A stretch of 60,506 nt of DNA, counting the filler, from Squatina squatina (Eukaryota), in assembly GCA_031763465.1 (NCBI GenBank). It is 3 parts of 3 records of this genome, joined end to end, with 100 filler letters (N's around TTAATTAATTAA, not from the genome) between each part and the next. Parts side by side here need not be neighbours in the genome. Positions count along the whole stretch, not along the records: positions 1 to 22,657 come from JARFOE010000233.1; 2 more parts are not named here. One strand, written 5' to 3'. Positions 1 through 12,247 of the stretch are shown here, one piece after another. Below the pieces are notes generated by a model. The model was not told where the DNA came from. It ran no database searches and worked only from the letters and a program-made list of their open reading frames with translations. Positions within the stretch are counted from its first letter, which is position 1. The number at the start of each line of letters is the position of its first letter. The position numbers were made by a program, and so were the translations under genes.

Positions 1-337
1 CAAGAAAATCTTTATGATCCTTTATTTTAAAGCATTCTTGACAACGTGCAAGATTAATCTTTCAGCTCATAGTAAATTTTAGCTACTTGAATAGTGTTGG
101 GATATGCTTACCAGAGATCATCTGTGGCGTTCAGAAATGCAGGAAAAAGGAAAGGGGAGAATATATGCTTCTCAATATCACACACACACACAAGCTGAAA
201 AAAGCCCATACATAAAAACATCCTCTTCAGATTTTTGCTACTATCTTAACTCATGCTAGATGTTTGCAGAGGAATGAAAGGCAGCAGAGTCTACCAACCT
301 TGAGGGCAACGGTTTAGAACAAAAATTTCATACTTAC

Positions 338-492
338 TATTTGGCAGAATCGGACAACTGATACTCTCGTCGTCTGTCATAACACTCCTGGATCCCAGGA
401 TCATTCCATAATTTTTTTATTGCTTCAACATATTTATTATCAAATGTGATTACTTTATCCACCTCCACTTCTCTGACCATATTTGCATTTTC
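338..492 (-). CDS. GNA14: G protein alpha-14, coding exon 3 (absent from the ORF track)
   Basis: 155-bp exon with canonical splice sites (tttaatag|GAA...AAA TA|gtaagt). It translates [68 protein letters not shown] and SDSAK are GNA14-type. It has the same size and phase as GNAQ exon 3 and lies downstream of GNAQ on the same strand. Confidence 0.88.
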
Positions 493-1236
493 CTATTAAA
501 AATAATTTAGCATATTTAATAGTCTTGTCATATATATTATACATTCATTAAATCATAAATTGAAAAGGAGGAAACTTCTAATAGAAATATCTTCATAGAA
601 ACCTATACGGTGAGCATAAATTCTATTTGTCTGATCATTGCTTTTAAAGGAACATGTCAAAGTGTGGGAAAGTGTAGTGTGGAGCGGATCTTTCCTTTAA
701 ACAACCATTCCTACGACTGGAATGCACCATATAAGTATGTCTTTATCATGCCAATATATCAATTCTGGTTGCATGAAGGTCTGGCCAAGAGGATTTTATT
801 TTTAATTCATCTTGATACACATCATATTAAGGATTCCAGTAGTTTTAAACCTACCAACTCTGAAAAACATTGCTATAATGTTACTTTGTGGCACAATAAT
901 GTTCTTCATAGTGTGTATGAGGAACACTGTGTATGGAGGTTATAACAAAAATTAAGAGCTATTTTAACAATAATGGGTTATCTTCCAATAGCTCATGCCC
1001 ACAGCTATCAGTGCAGTTTATTTTGGGACCGCTAGTTTCAGCAGCAAATTCACCACAAACACTGTTCCCAATCTTTCATTCTACCTATATTGAATGTTAA
1101 AGATCCATTCATGTCAATCAAATGATATTTCTTTTGNNNNNNNNNNNNNNNNNNNNNNNNNNNNNNNNNNNNNNNNNNNNNNNNNNNNNNNNNNNNNNNN
1201 NNNNNNNNNNNNNNNNNNNNNNNNNNNNNNNNNNNN

Positions 1237-1400
1237 AAAATTGTGTTCCCTATACTCAAGTCCAAGTCATTTATATAAAAGAAAAGCAATGGCACTAATT
1301 CCGGCCTTTGGGGGACCCCACAACATACTTCTCTGCAGTCAGAAAAACATCTGTTCACCATTACTCTCTGCCTCCTATTCTTTATTCCCCCTTGCAATCT
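1237..1400 (-). mobile_element. CR1-type LINE reverse-transcriptase fragment (decayed)
   Basis: Translation RQRVMVNRCFSDCREVCCGVPQRPELVPLLFFYINDLD resembles the CR1 RT GVPQGSVLGPLLF.IYINDLD motif. Confidence 0.75.
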
Positions 1401-1619
1401 AATGCTGTCCCACAAAGTGCGCACATCACAACTGTAGGAGATCGAAATTAACAGTCGGAAAAAAAACAGCAAATGGAAGCCACATTCAAATTTCTGGGAA
1501 AAAATGCTGGCTTGTACCATACAACCTTGGATTTCAGCTGATTTACAAACTGCTTATGATTTAGAACCGCTGGACTCTTAAATTTGTAAATCCACACCGA
1601 CAATTATTCTCTATACAAC

Positions 1620-1990
1620 AACATGTCACCTTTAACATAGTAAAATGTCCCAAAGCACTTCATAGGAGCAATTCTCAAAACAAAATTTGAAAACAAGCCA
1701 CATAAGGAGCTATTATGGCAGGTGACCAAAAACTTAGTCAAAGAGGTAGGTTTTAAGGAGTGTCTTAAAGGAGGAAAGGTAGAGGTTTAGGGAGGGAATT
1801 CCAAAGTGTGGGGCCTGACGGCTGAACGCATATTCGCCAGTGGTGGTATGAAGGGAGGCGGTGAAATACAAGAGGACTGAGTCATGGAATGGAGACTTTG
1901 GAAGGATTTTTAGGGCTCGAGAAGATTGTAGAGTTAGGGACCAGAAAGGCCATGGACAAATTTAAACATGAATGAGAATTTAAAATTTCC
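1620..1990 (-). mobile_element. L2-clade LINE 3' end
   Basis: Reverse complement of the L2 tail also seen at 12370-12460 and of the L2 ORF2 end at 27915-28064. Confidence 0.65.
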
Positions 1991-3384
1991 AGTCCAGGTG
2001 ATGTAATCATCTTAGGGCATGTATTTCCTGCAGGTATAAGCATCTCATCACATTTTATCCTCCAGGTTTGGTTGGATAAGCTGCAAACAGGATGTTCTTG
2101 TAACAGGAAATTCCTCTTTACAACTTATCATTACATCTGAAAAGCCAGATGTCTACACTCCACTCTTCAATCAAATGGGTGGTTTCTTTTTTTTTCCTGT
2201 TGGTATTTATAGAACTACACAAGCAGACAGCGTAACAGAAATGCACCATAAATGACCATCAGCTGATCCATCATTTTTCTAACGTTCCTCTTTCCATGTC
2301 AATTAGAAATTCAAAAGGTAAATTTTATTCTAAGGGTTAATCTTTGCTATGAACAGATTGGGACCACTTTTCACTTATGCTGCTGTTTTAATTCGAACTG
2401 CAGCATAATAATCTTGCCATGTAAAGCAATATTAAATCAATAGCACTTCAACTGTGTGCACTATAATATTATCGGGCACTCCAGCTGTCTCCAAAACTCA
2501 AAGCACTGTTCCAAAGTTTAAAAAAAAGCCCTGTGAAAGTGCAGTGGTACAGCAGTCATTGTTAAATACAATGCTCTTTGCTGCCTTTTGAAGCACTGTA
2601 TGCTAATTGATCTTTATAATCTGCCTTTTTGCTATTTAGATTGTAGGAGACCAACATCCTTAAGCCAATTCTCTGCATTTAAATTACAAAATCCAGTTCT
2701 CATCTAGTGAGCAGTGTTATGGGCCCACAAAAAATTGCCACAGAGCCGGATTTAGCAATATAAATACAGGGAGTTCGCTTCCTTCCTCCAAGTCATTATA
2801 TATTATAAGCAATTGTGGTCCCAGTACTGATCCCTGTGATACCCCACTGGTTACAGGTCACCAACCTGAAAATGACNNNNNNNNNNNNNNNNNNNNNNNN
2901 NNNNNNNNNNNNNNNNNNNNNNNNNNNNNNNNNNNNNNNNNNNNNNNNNNNNNNNNNNNNNNNNNNNNNNNNNNNNCAAGCACAATCCATTCACCAGACT
3001 GGGAATCGGCCCAGGACAAAACAGAGAGGAAACTAAGTTGCAGAAAATCAAATCAGAAATACTTTAAATTCAGAGGGCTGCAGAATATACCAGGTCCCAG
3101 TCTGGAATGAACTGTATTCAGGTTGAACCACAATTTTTTTTAAAGACACTCTACGTTTTCTGAAGGTCACCGAAGACTGGTTTCGAACCAGTTGCTTCGG
3201 GTGTTAAACAGCAATTAGAAAATCTTAGCTTGTGACGTATATACAAGTAAATACGAATTTTTCATTATACAGACCAAAAAAAAAGCACACAAATGAAAAG
3301 AAATTATTTTATGTTTTGATAATTTATATGACTGCATGTGTTTAGAACCCAAAGTGGGCTGACAACAAACAAGCTATATCCCAC

Positions 3385-3502
3385 CTGACAACCTGTTCTT
3401 TACAGTGTTGACTTCAGCCAAGTTTCTTTCTATTTCGGTATACTTGGCATTGCTCTCTGCTAAGTTGTCTTCCAGCTTACGAACGTGCATTTCAGCATTT
3501 AT
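3385..3502 (-). CDS. Orphan exon of a sarcomeric myosin heavy chain rod, MYH16-like
   Basis: 118-bp exon, cctttcctccgtgtgcag|ATA...TCA G|gtggga. The open frame INAEMHVRKLEDNLAESNAKYTEIERNLAEVNTVKNRLS has heptad periodicity and closely resembles the recalled MYH16 rod segment MNAEAHVRKLEDSLSEANAKVAELERNQAEINAIRTRLQ. Confidence 0.78.
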
Positions 3503-3719
3503 CTGCACACGGAGGAAAGGAATTATTAGATAACAGTGAAAACATGTATGGGCTAGATTTCCCTTCCATTGACTAAGATCGACCCCTATGTAGTTCCTTC
3601 TGACAATGCAATCTAATCTGCTGGTAAAGACTCAACACTCGTGTAGTATTGACTGCTGGTTATTTATAATGATGCCTTCCGCACTGAGAGGCAATTTACA
3701 ACTCTCTCTAGGAGGTAAA

Positions 3720-3812
3720 TTACAACATTCCTACACTACAACAGTGACTACACTTAAAAATGACTTCATTGGCTGTTAAGCGCTTTGGGATGTCTGGTGG
3801 TCGTGAAGGGCA
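3720..3812 (+). mobile_element. Deu-domain SINE (SacSINE1-like) 3' tail
   Basis: ttcctacactacaacagtgactacactt...cattggctgttaagcgctttgggatgt, the L2-derived SINE tail. Confidence 0.6.
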
Positions 3813-4228
3813 CCTGTTCTCGTTAGTCCACAAAGAATGCTGGGCAAAACACAGGATCATAAGTTACTCTGAAATAACTCCAAGCCTCTCGTGAAAAAGT
3901 CTTAACATTCATCAACTGGAGAACAAGTAATAGCGACTTCATTTATTCATCGAGGCCTATGACTTAAAAAAAGACAAGTCAACAGAATGCCTGCACAAGG
4001 CGGACCAGTCCATCTGCCTTCTCACATTCTACTTCCACCTGAGGATCAAGATACTGGACACGAGAACAGGCCGCCAACTTTAACAAACTTCAGTCTTTCT
4101 TTCTTTATTGCTATCCGGCCTGTTGTGTATTTGCAGCTTTGTTTTCGTATCAGACTTCTGGCATTTACAACTTGTTCTTTTTATGTCTGCTGTGATATGC
4201 TATTAAATTAACACGGCCTAAATGCAGG

Positions 4229-4340
4229 AAACACGGCAGCCAATTGCACACAGCAAGCTCCCACAAACAAGCAATGAGATAATGGTCAGATAATCTATTT
4301 TAGTGATGATGATTCAGGGATAAATATTAGCCAGAGTACT
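4229..4340 (-). mobile_element. Deu-domain SINE fragment
   Basis: gaaacacggcagccaattgcacacagcaagctcccacaaacaagcaatgagataat is shared with the copy at 37320-37652. Confidence 0.6.
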
Positions 4341-4419
4341 GCCTTACTGTCGTCTTCTGACTTGTTGATCACCTCTTTCAGTCAGAAGTAAGTGGAGCAG
4401 TAGAATATCCTGACACATG

Positions 4420-4703
4420 TTTGGGGATTTTCTCCCCTCCGCCCTTCTCCTGAATGCAATGACTCAGGCAGTGCATAGTTCCACAGGCACTGGCACCCCT
4501 CCAGTATCTTGCTAGCTCGTCATGTGTAAACCCAGAAAGTGAGTTTTGATAAGCTATTGCACTAGGGTGGGTAGAATTTTACAGCCATAGCCAATATCTC
4601 TCTTGTCTATTTTTGAGCCGAGTCCAATGGACAGCAAACAGGAATTGTAACTCTGGCTGACTTTTCCCCTGGTCACTCCAGGGATGCTGAGATAATTGTA
4701 ACA
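4420..4703 (-). mobile_element. Old tRNA-derived SINE, second family
   Basis: Similar to the copies at 38330-38750, 39470-39710 and 46660-46913. Confidence 0.45.
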
Positions 4704-5199
4704 NNNNNNNNNNNNNNNNNNNNNNNNNNNNNNNNNNNNNNNNNNNNNNNNNNNNNNNNNNNNNNNNNNNNNNNNNNNNNNNNNNNNNNNNNNNNNNNNN
4801 NNNAACTGTACAAAGGATAATGGAAGGGATGAAACCTTAGAAGACCTGTGTAATATTGGCTAGACTGGGAATGGTGACATTTTCTTTATAATAGCAACGA
4901 ACAAGTTTGTTTTTGCTCTTTGACTGCTTCATTGTAAAGACTGATAATGTAAACATTACCCATCTGGGATAATGTTCTGCAAAGCACTTTTCTTTGCTCT
5001 GAATACGATCTGCTTGTGGCCTCATTTACATTGTTTTGCACAGCAGGATCATTATCAACACAACTGATGCGCACATGCACAGTGAAGAACTCAAGAGGTC
5101 AAAGACACTGAATGTCAATTGCATCAAACAACTGCAAATGATTACAAATGATGGGATGCAGAGACTTGTTTCAAGTTGAATGTAAAATAAATATCAGAA

Positions 5200-8100
5200 A
5201 ATGTAACTTTTTATTTGCTTCAATATCTGTTTTTATACTGTGCACATTTTCTACTGAAAATGTGACAATGGGAAGGGCCTACTTTTTATAACAATCATTG
5301 ACTACTAATATTAAAATGAACATGTGGAGAACTACAAATTCAAAGTATCCATTTTATTGAACATACAATCCATGACAAGGGGCAAGTCTGTTTTGTGCTA
5401 CAACATTGGTACTGTTCAAATTTCTCTCAGGAGAGTCTAATTGACAACTATTAATTTCAAGTGCTGGATAAAATACCTAAGACTTTCATACTGGATAATA
5501 ACATGATTTTTTTTTTTAAGTGAAGAGTAACATCAGTGGAATAAAAAACTTATTCCCAGTACAGTATCAAGAAAAGTAGATTCGAAGAAAAATACAAGCA
5601 GGAGACATCAAATGAAACCAGTACAAAATTATGGCCAAAAATACTATATTTGTAACCAGCAAGATCATTTGGGGCATTAATATACAACATTAGTTTTTTC
5701 CTTCCCCAAACAATGACAATACATGCAGGAATGCCATTCTGTCATACGCATAATGTATTTTTCCTAACTTGCGTATGCTGTCATTAGCTGACAGGAGCAT
5801 GGTGAAGAAATGTAGTTTGCCTGTGAAAGGAACATTTTTCCAATTGGCCTTCGCCAACATTTTAATTTTGGAGAACTATCCACACATGCCCAATCCATTG
5901 CAGCTTCAGCTTATAAACACATTAGTTGTAATAATACATAGAGCAATCTAACTTAATACAATATACCTGTATCATACAAAACAGAGAAATCATGATTTCA
6001 CAGCAACCATGCAGGCACAAATATTGCATGGTTGTCTTATGTGGCTAGCAGTATAAATGAGGCAAATTGTACNNNNNNNNNNNNNNNNNNNNNNNNNNNN
6101 NNNNNNNNNNNNNNNNNNNNNNNNNNNNNNNNNNNNNNNNNNNNNNNNNNNNNNNNNNNNNNNNNNNNNNNNNNNNNNNNNNNNNNNNNNNNNNNNNNNN
6201 NNNNNNNNNNNNNNNNNNNNNNNNNNNNNNNNNNNNNNNNNNNNNNNNNNNNNNNNNNNNNNNNNNNNNNNNNNNNNNNNNNNNNNNNNNNNNNNNNNNN
6301 NNNNNNNNNNNNNNNNNNNNNNNNNNNNNNNNNNNNNNNNNNNNNNNNNNNNNNNNNNNNNNNNNNNNNNNNNNNNNNNNNNNNNNNNNNNNNNNNNNNN
6401 NNNNNNNNNNNNNNNNNNNNNNNNNNNNNNNNNNNNNNNNNNNNNNNNNNNNNNNNNNNNNNNNNNNNNNNNNNNNNNNNNNNNNNNNNNNNNNNNNNNN
6501 NNNNNNNNNNNNNNNNNNNNNNNNNNNNNNNNNNNNNNNNNNNNNNNNNNNNNNNNNNNNNNNNNNNNNNNNNNNNNNNNNNNNNNNNNNNNNNNNNNNN
6601 NNNNNNNNNNNNNNNNNNNNNNNNNNNNNNNNNNNNNNNNNNNNNNNNNNNNNNNNNNNNNNNNNNNNNNNNNNNNNNNNNNNNNNNNNNNNNNNNNATG
6701 CTGAAGCCTGCTTGTCTACTTCATGAGCCGAGTCATTTGATTAAATTTTGCATAAAAAGTTCTTTCTAGGAGATGAAGGAGGGACTTCGATTTTATCAAA
6801 AGGCATTCTTTGATCAGAAACCCATGTGGCGATGCATATTAATCAGACTACCACACTGTATGATAATTATCTTTACTTCCAAAATGACAATTTTTTAGAT
6901 CCCTAGCTGAGAAATAAACTGGCAAAAATTTACATTCTCTTCTCTTAAAAAAGTAAATAACATTATTCAAAATGTGAATCAGCTATAAGACTTACAATAC
7001 AATTACGTAGTTACATAGATACATATTATCAATACAGCACATTCAATCTGCCAAAATTATCACAAAGCCAATATGGATGTGGGCGCGCGTGTGTACATAT
7101 ATATAATATATATACGTATACACACAAAATGATTACAGCATTCATAATTACACTATACCTACAGCCAGGTTTTACAAATTATAGGAGTTTTGTCCATGGG
7201 AGCACAAATGCATGTTAGGTGAAGGGGCAGGAATTAAGGGAGACAATCACTGACCATTAACTTTGGTACTCCATAGAAACAAAAGCTACTCTTTTAAAGC
7301 AGAAAACCATGCACAAAGACATCCTACCTTTGACAATGAACAGTGCAGACTTTTAAATTAGCTCACTTTGACCTATCTGTAGTTTCTGCACTATTAGCTC
7401 AAAGAGCAACAAAGCTGAAAATTAGCGAGTTAAAGGGACATGGTGGCATCTATTCAAATTTCTGCTCTTTAATCAGGCATCATTTTTAAAAAAACAGGAC
7501 CCAAATTTTGAAAAGCACGTCTACGGTAGGACGAAAGTAATTATACAGGTTAATTTTCCAAGACGTTATGGCAAATGAAAACCATTTTGGTTTAAAATTA
7601 AGGATCTGACAAGATTTTATCAAAACATGATTTACAGTACCTTTAACATATGTGTAAAAAAGTTAAGATACAAAATTGGTCATGGACACTGATCAGCTTA
7701 TGTTAAAGAATAGTACAAAGCTAATGGCAAATATTACACAATGTGAAAGAGCACCAGTTTTTTTTTCTCACTTATTTTGGCATATGTCCAACAAAACTTG
7801 ATTTTAGAAGAACCCAGGAGCCAATGCTGCAATGTTACTTACTTACCATTCATCTTCTGCTCAAGTGCAGCTACTGTGATACGAGCCACATTATTTTAGG
7901 CATTTTGAGTAAAGCAATTTTTATCTATTAAAAATTCAAAAATAGAAAACAAATGCCATGACTGGCAATATTAAAACTCTTCTCACTAAAAGCCAAAAAA
8001 AAATTAAAAATTACACTGGAGCAAAGTAAGTATGTCAATGATGCCCCCAGCTACAGTTCTAAGAAAGAAGACCTATGCAAAAATCAGCAAATGTAGTGTA

Positions 8101-8871
8101 CATGACATTTCGTTTGGCATCTTTCAATAAAACAAGTCTAGTAATAGCAATAGAGTGGCACATAATAAATAGAAATCGAACCCCATTTACTGTTTTACAA
8201 GTACACAACATTCTCAATATTGTACTCTTACCTACATCTATCCATGTTTTTGGGAATCCAAGTGTGGCAACATTTACAGGTGAGTCATGATGGCAATCAG
8301 CTATTGCTTAATTAGCTTGCATCTTTATAGCTTAAGATGAAGACAGCTGGTTTAGTATGAAACTTGATGTTTAAATTATACATATCAATAATTTAAAAAT
8401 CACAGAACCAATACTTCTCACCCATCAGAAAAAATAGTACAATAATTATACCACTGACAGCTTGGTTTCTGCCAAACAAAACATTACCACATTAACTGTG
8501 TACCACAGAGCGTCAAGAGGAACAGATCACAAAAAAGGACATTGTCCCTCAAATATTCCTTTGGGGAGGGAGAAGAAAAGGAAGGGGCGCGCTTGGAGAA
8601 GCAAAAAACCCTACCCTCCGAGTACAGAAATGGGAATTTACAGCAAAAATTGAAAATTTTACATGAAGTCACAAAGTTTTGCCTAAAAAGTGGACTGGTG
8701 CTGCAAAGGTGTGTCAGCATCTTTTGCCCCATTTTTGTTAAATAAAATCATAATATTTACTAAAACTCTGTGGAAGCACAGAGTCCAGGATGGCAATAAA
8801 TTAGCATTATGCAAATCATTTTCACAGATAATACAGTTGCTCTTATTTTTTTCTCAAGGTCAGTTGATATA
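5200..8871 (-). other. GNAQ: Probable long GNAQ 3'UTR, with candidate poly(A) signal AATAAA at 5210-5215
   Basis: AT-rich and nearly repeat-free, contiguous with the stop codon from 8871 to 6698, then broken by a 625-N gap. The proximal part (atttgcataatgctaatttattgccatcctggactctgtg...ccacagagttttagtaaatattatgattttatttaa) resembles the recalled mammalian GNAQ 3'UTR. The distal end is inferred. Confidence 0.6.
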
Positions 8872-9062
8872 CTAGACCAAGTTATATTCCTTCAGGTTTA
8901 ATTGTAGAATAGTGTCCTTGACAGCAGCAAAGACAAACCGTATATTCTCTGTATCTGTGGCACATGTGAAGTGAGAGTAGATGACCTTTTCTTTGTCTGG
9001 ATTCTGATTTTGATAGGTCTCCAAAATGAAAGCTCGAGCAGCCTTGGCATCTTGTTGAGGAC
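8872..9062 (-). CDS. GNAQ: G protein alpha-q, last coding exon 7 (GNA14-like 5' half)
   Basis: 191 bp, cattttag|GT CCT...GTC TAG, translating [63 protein letters not shown]. Contains the TCAT G5 box and the Gq C-terminus EYNLV; phase 1 matches exon 6. Confidence 0.93.
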
Positions 9063-9120
9063 CTAAAATGTATTAGAATTACAATAATCAAAATATATAA
9101 TACATGTTACTGGAGCATTA

Positions 9121-9736
9121 TTGGAATAAAAAGCTAGTCTCAGTAATGGTGACCATGAAACTACCGGATTGTGGTAAAAACCCATCTGATTCACTCATGT
9201 CCTTTAGGGAAGGAAATCTGCCATCCTTACCTGCTCTGGCCTATTTGTGACTCCAGACACACAGTAATGTGGTTGACTCTTAACTGCCCTCCAAAATGGC
9301 CTGTTTCTACTCAGTTGCATCAAACCACTAGGAAAAGCAATAAGAATAAAACCGAACGGACCACCCTGCGTCAACCTCGGCACCAGAATCAGACACCCCA
9401 AAGGCACATCCAGCCCAGTCAATCCTGCAAAGTTGTCCTCACTAACACCTGGGGACTTGTGCCAAAATTGGGAGAGCTGTCCCACAGACTAGTCAAGCAA
9501 CAGCTTCATGCAGTCATACTCACAGAATCATACCTTTCAGCCAGTGTCCCAGACTCCTCCATCACCATCCCTGGATATGTCCTGTCCCACTGGCAGGACA
9601 GACCCACCAGAGGTGGCAGCACAGTGGTATACAGTCCAGAAGGCGTGACCCTGGGAGTCCTCAACATTGACTGCGGACCCCATGAAATCTCATGGTATCA
9701 GCTCAAACATGGGCACGGAAATCTCCTTCTGATGTC
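9121..9736 (+). mobile_element. Non-LTR retrotransposon fragment with APE endonuclease N-terminus
   Basis: VVLTNTWGLVPKLGELSHRL...VILTESYL...IPGYVLSHWQDRPTRGGSTVVY carries the APE motifs N.xGL, LTES/ETW and DR...GGGV. Confidence 0.75.
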
Positions 9737-9836
9737 NNNNNNNNNNNNNNNNNNNNNNNNNNNNNNNNNNNNNNNNNNNNNNNNNNNNNNNNNNNNNNNN
9801 NNNNNNNNNNNNNNNNNNNNNNNNNNNNNNNNNNNN

Positions 9837-10040
9837 AGTTCTCGCTGATTCTTCAACTCTAACCATAGAGTCACCACTGATTGTTTCCCCTTAACTATAT
9901 CCTCTCTTAGGTTAGATAGGTGACTGAATGAAAAGGCAGATAAAGGGATATGGGAATAGGGTGGACTCATTGCTATAGGAGTACTGCTCATGTGGAGGAT
10001 AAATACCAAAGATGGATTGTTTGGGCGGAATGGCATGTTT
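9837..10040 (+). mobile_element. CR1 3' end fragment
   Basis: gataaagggatatggg...gggcggaatggc matches the CR1 3'UTR pattern seen elsewhere in the window. Confidence 0.5.
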
Positions 10041-10344
10041 GTGTTTTAACTTCTATGTACTTCAATGTAGTACCATCAATTTATTCATAATTTAATGTAC
10101 ATACATCAACATAAATGGAAAGAAAGTAAACAATGTTGATCATGATTCTCTGCAACCATATGATTTTTAAAAGCTGACAGAGACTCCTATTCAATATATC
10201 TCAATACTTGACCAGTTGCTTCAATAATTAGCAGGATATTACCAAGTAATTGTTTTTCAAAGTTTCCTATGTAGTATAAGTACATAAATTTTATCAGTTG
10301 CACTTTTGAAAAATTTCCGTGGCAATAATTCGAAATATAATTTA

Positions 10345-10527
<183 letters not shown>

Positions 10528-10941
10528 TTAAGTTCACACTCAGAANNNNNNNNNNNNNNNNNNNNNNNNNNNNNNNNNNNNNNNNNNNNNNNNNNNNNNN
10601 NNNNNNNNNNNNNNNNNNNNNNNNNNNNNNNNNNNNNNNNNNNNNAATACATTTCTTAGTGTATCCTTTTCAGTGATAGTCATTTAATTAATACTTTATA
10701 CACAGTTACTTTCAAGAGCAGAAACAGCATCTAAAGAAACCACCTAATATGGTTTAAATAAATATTACTTCAAATATTATTCATATATTCATGAAGCATG
10801 CACTTTCCATTTTATCCTAATCATCTCTACAACTTTACAAATATGAAATTCAATTTATATCATGCTAAGAGAGTTCTTAAAAATGGAAGCTTTTTGTCCA
10901 AATTGTAAAAACTATTACTGTCTTTTAGTAACTTTCTTCTA

Positions 10942-11178
<237 letters not shown>

Positions 11179-11565
11179 CTACAAGAGTCGCGGTGAATGC
11201 CCCAAGATGGTATCACTTATTCAAGGAAGCGCTATGGGATGGTTATTTACATTTAAGTCAACTCCTCACCAGATTGTGCCATTTTCCCAAGAATGCAGAG
11301 TGCTTTTCCCAGTATTGTTTTTATAAATTCCTGTATTAAGGAGCCTTGATACAAACAAATACCTACAATACTTGGGAAGTGTTTGATAGATTTTTCCACC
11401 CAGAATTAAACATTCATTTTGTCATAGGAGCACAAAAATCAAGAAAACATTCAGGTATCATTTATATAACTTAAAGAGCAACAGGATACTTAAATTGCAT
11501 TGAGTTAAGTAAAAATTAGTTCTATTACGAGCAAAGTAGTAATGCAGCGATTATAACAAACACTA

Positions 11566-11809
11566 TGGGCGCGAAATTCAGCTCCTGTTGCACCCCGTTA
11601 GCACCTCCAAGAGACGCTAACGGGGCGATACTGCAGAAATCAGCACCGGGAAGCGGCCATCTCGCCTCCCGGGGAATTCAGCTGGGGTGCAACGGTGTTT
11701 ACGCCTGGCCTACAGCGGGTTGGCGCATCATAAAGACGTGTGCCAATCCGCACTGCACAGCTTCGGCCCCCTTTGCGCTCTGTTCGTGTCCCGCGGGCGG
11801 CATTCACCC
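11566..11809. mobile_element. GC-rich terminal part of a DNA transposon (Harbinger-like)
   Basis: Abrupt CpG-rich block starting gggcgcgaaattc, similar in style to the ends at ~30890 and 45891. Confidence 0.4.
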
Positions 11810-12110
11810 NNNNNNNNNNNNNNNNNNNNNNNNNNNNNNNNNNNNNNNNNNNNNNNNNNNNNNNNNNNNNNNNNNNNNNNNNNNNNNNNNNNNNNNNNNN
11901 NNNNNNNNNCTGAAGGATGAATTTACACAGAATGTGTATAATTCTGCTGATAGCCATTTTTTGAATGTTTGCCTCTGACAATACCCTATCTATAACTATT
12001 ACTTAAAGACAAAAGTAATTTACTGGTAGTTTATGTCATCATATTAAATCAGAAAATACTGGGAATGCACAACTTCTGCGACCTAGGAAATTTACAACAG
12101 GCCCCAATCA

Positions 12111-12247
<137 letters not shown>

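Noticed and set aside
6032-6769. Long ORFs of 215-245 aa, and the many other X-containing ORFs
   Set aside because: They are read-through of N gaps.
8882-9091. ORF-track peptide [17 protein letters not shown]...
   Set aside because: It is the wrong frame of GNAQ exon 7; the true frame is set by the acceptor at 9063-9064.
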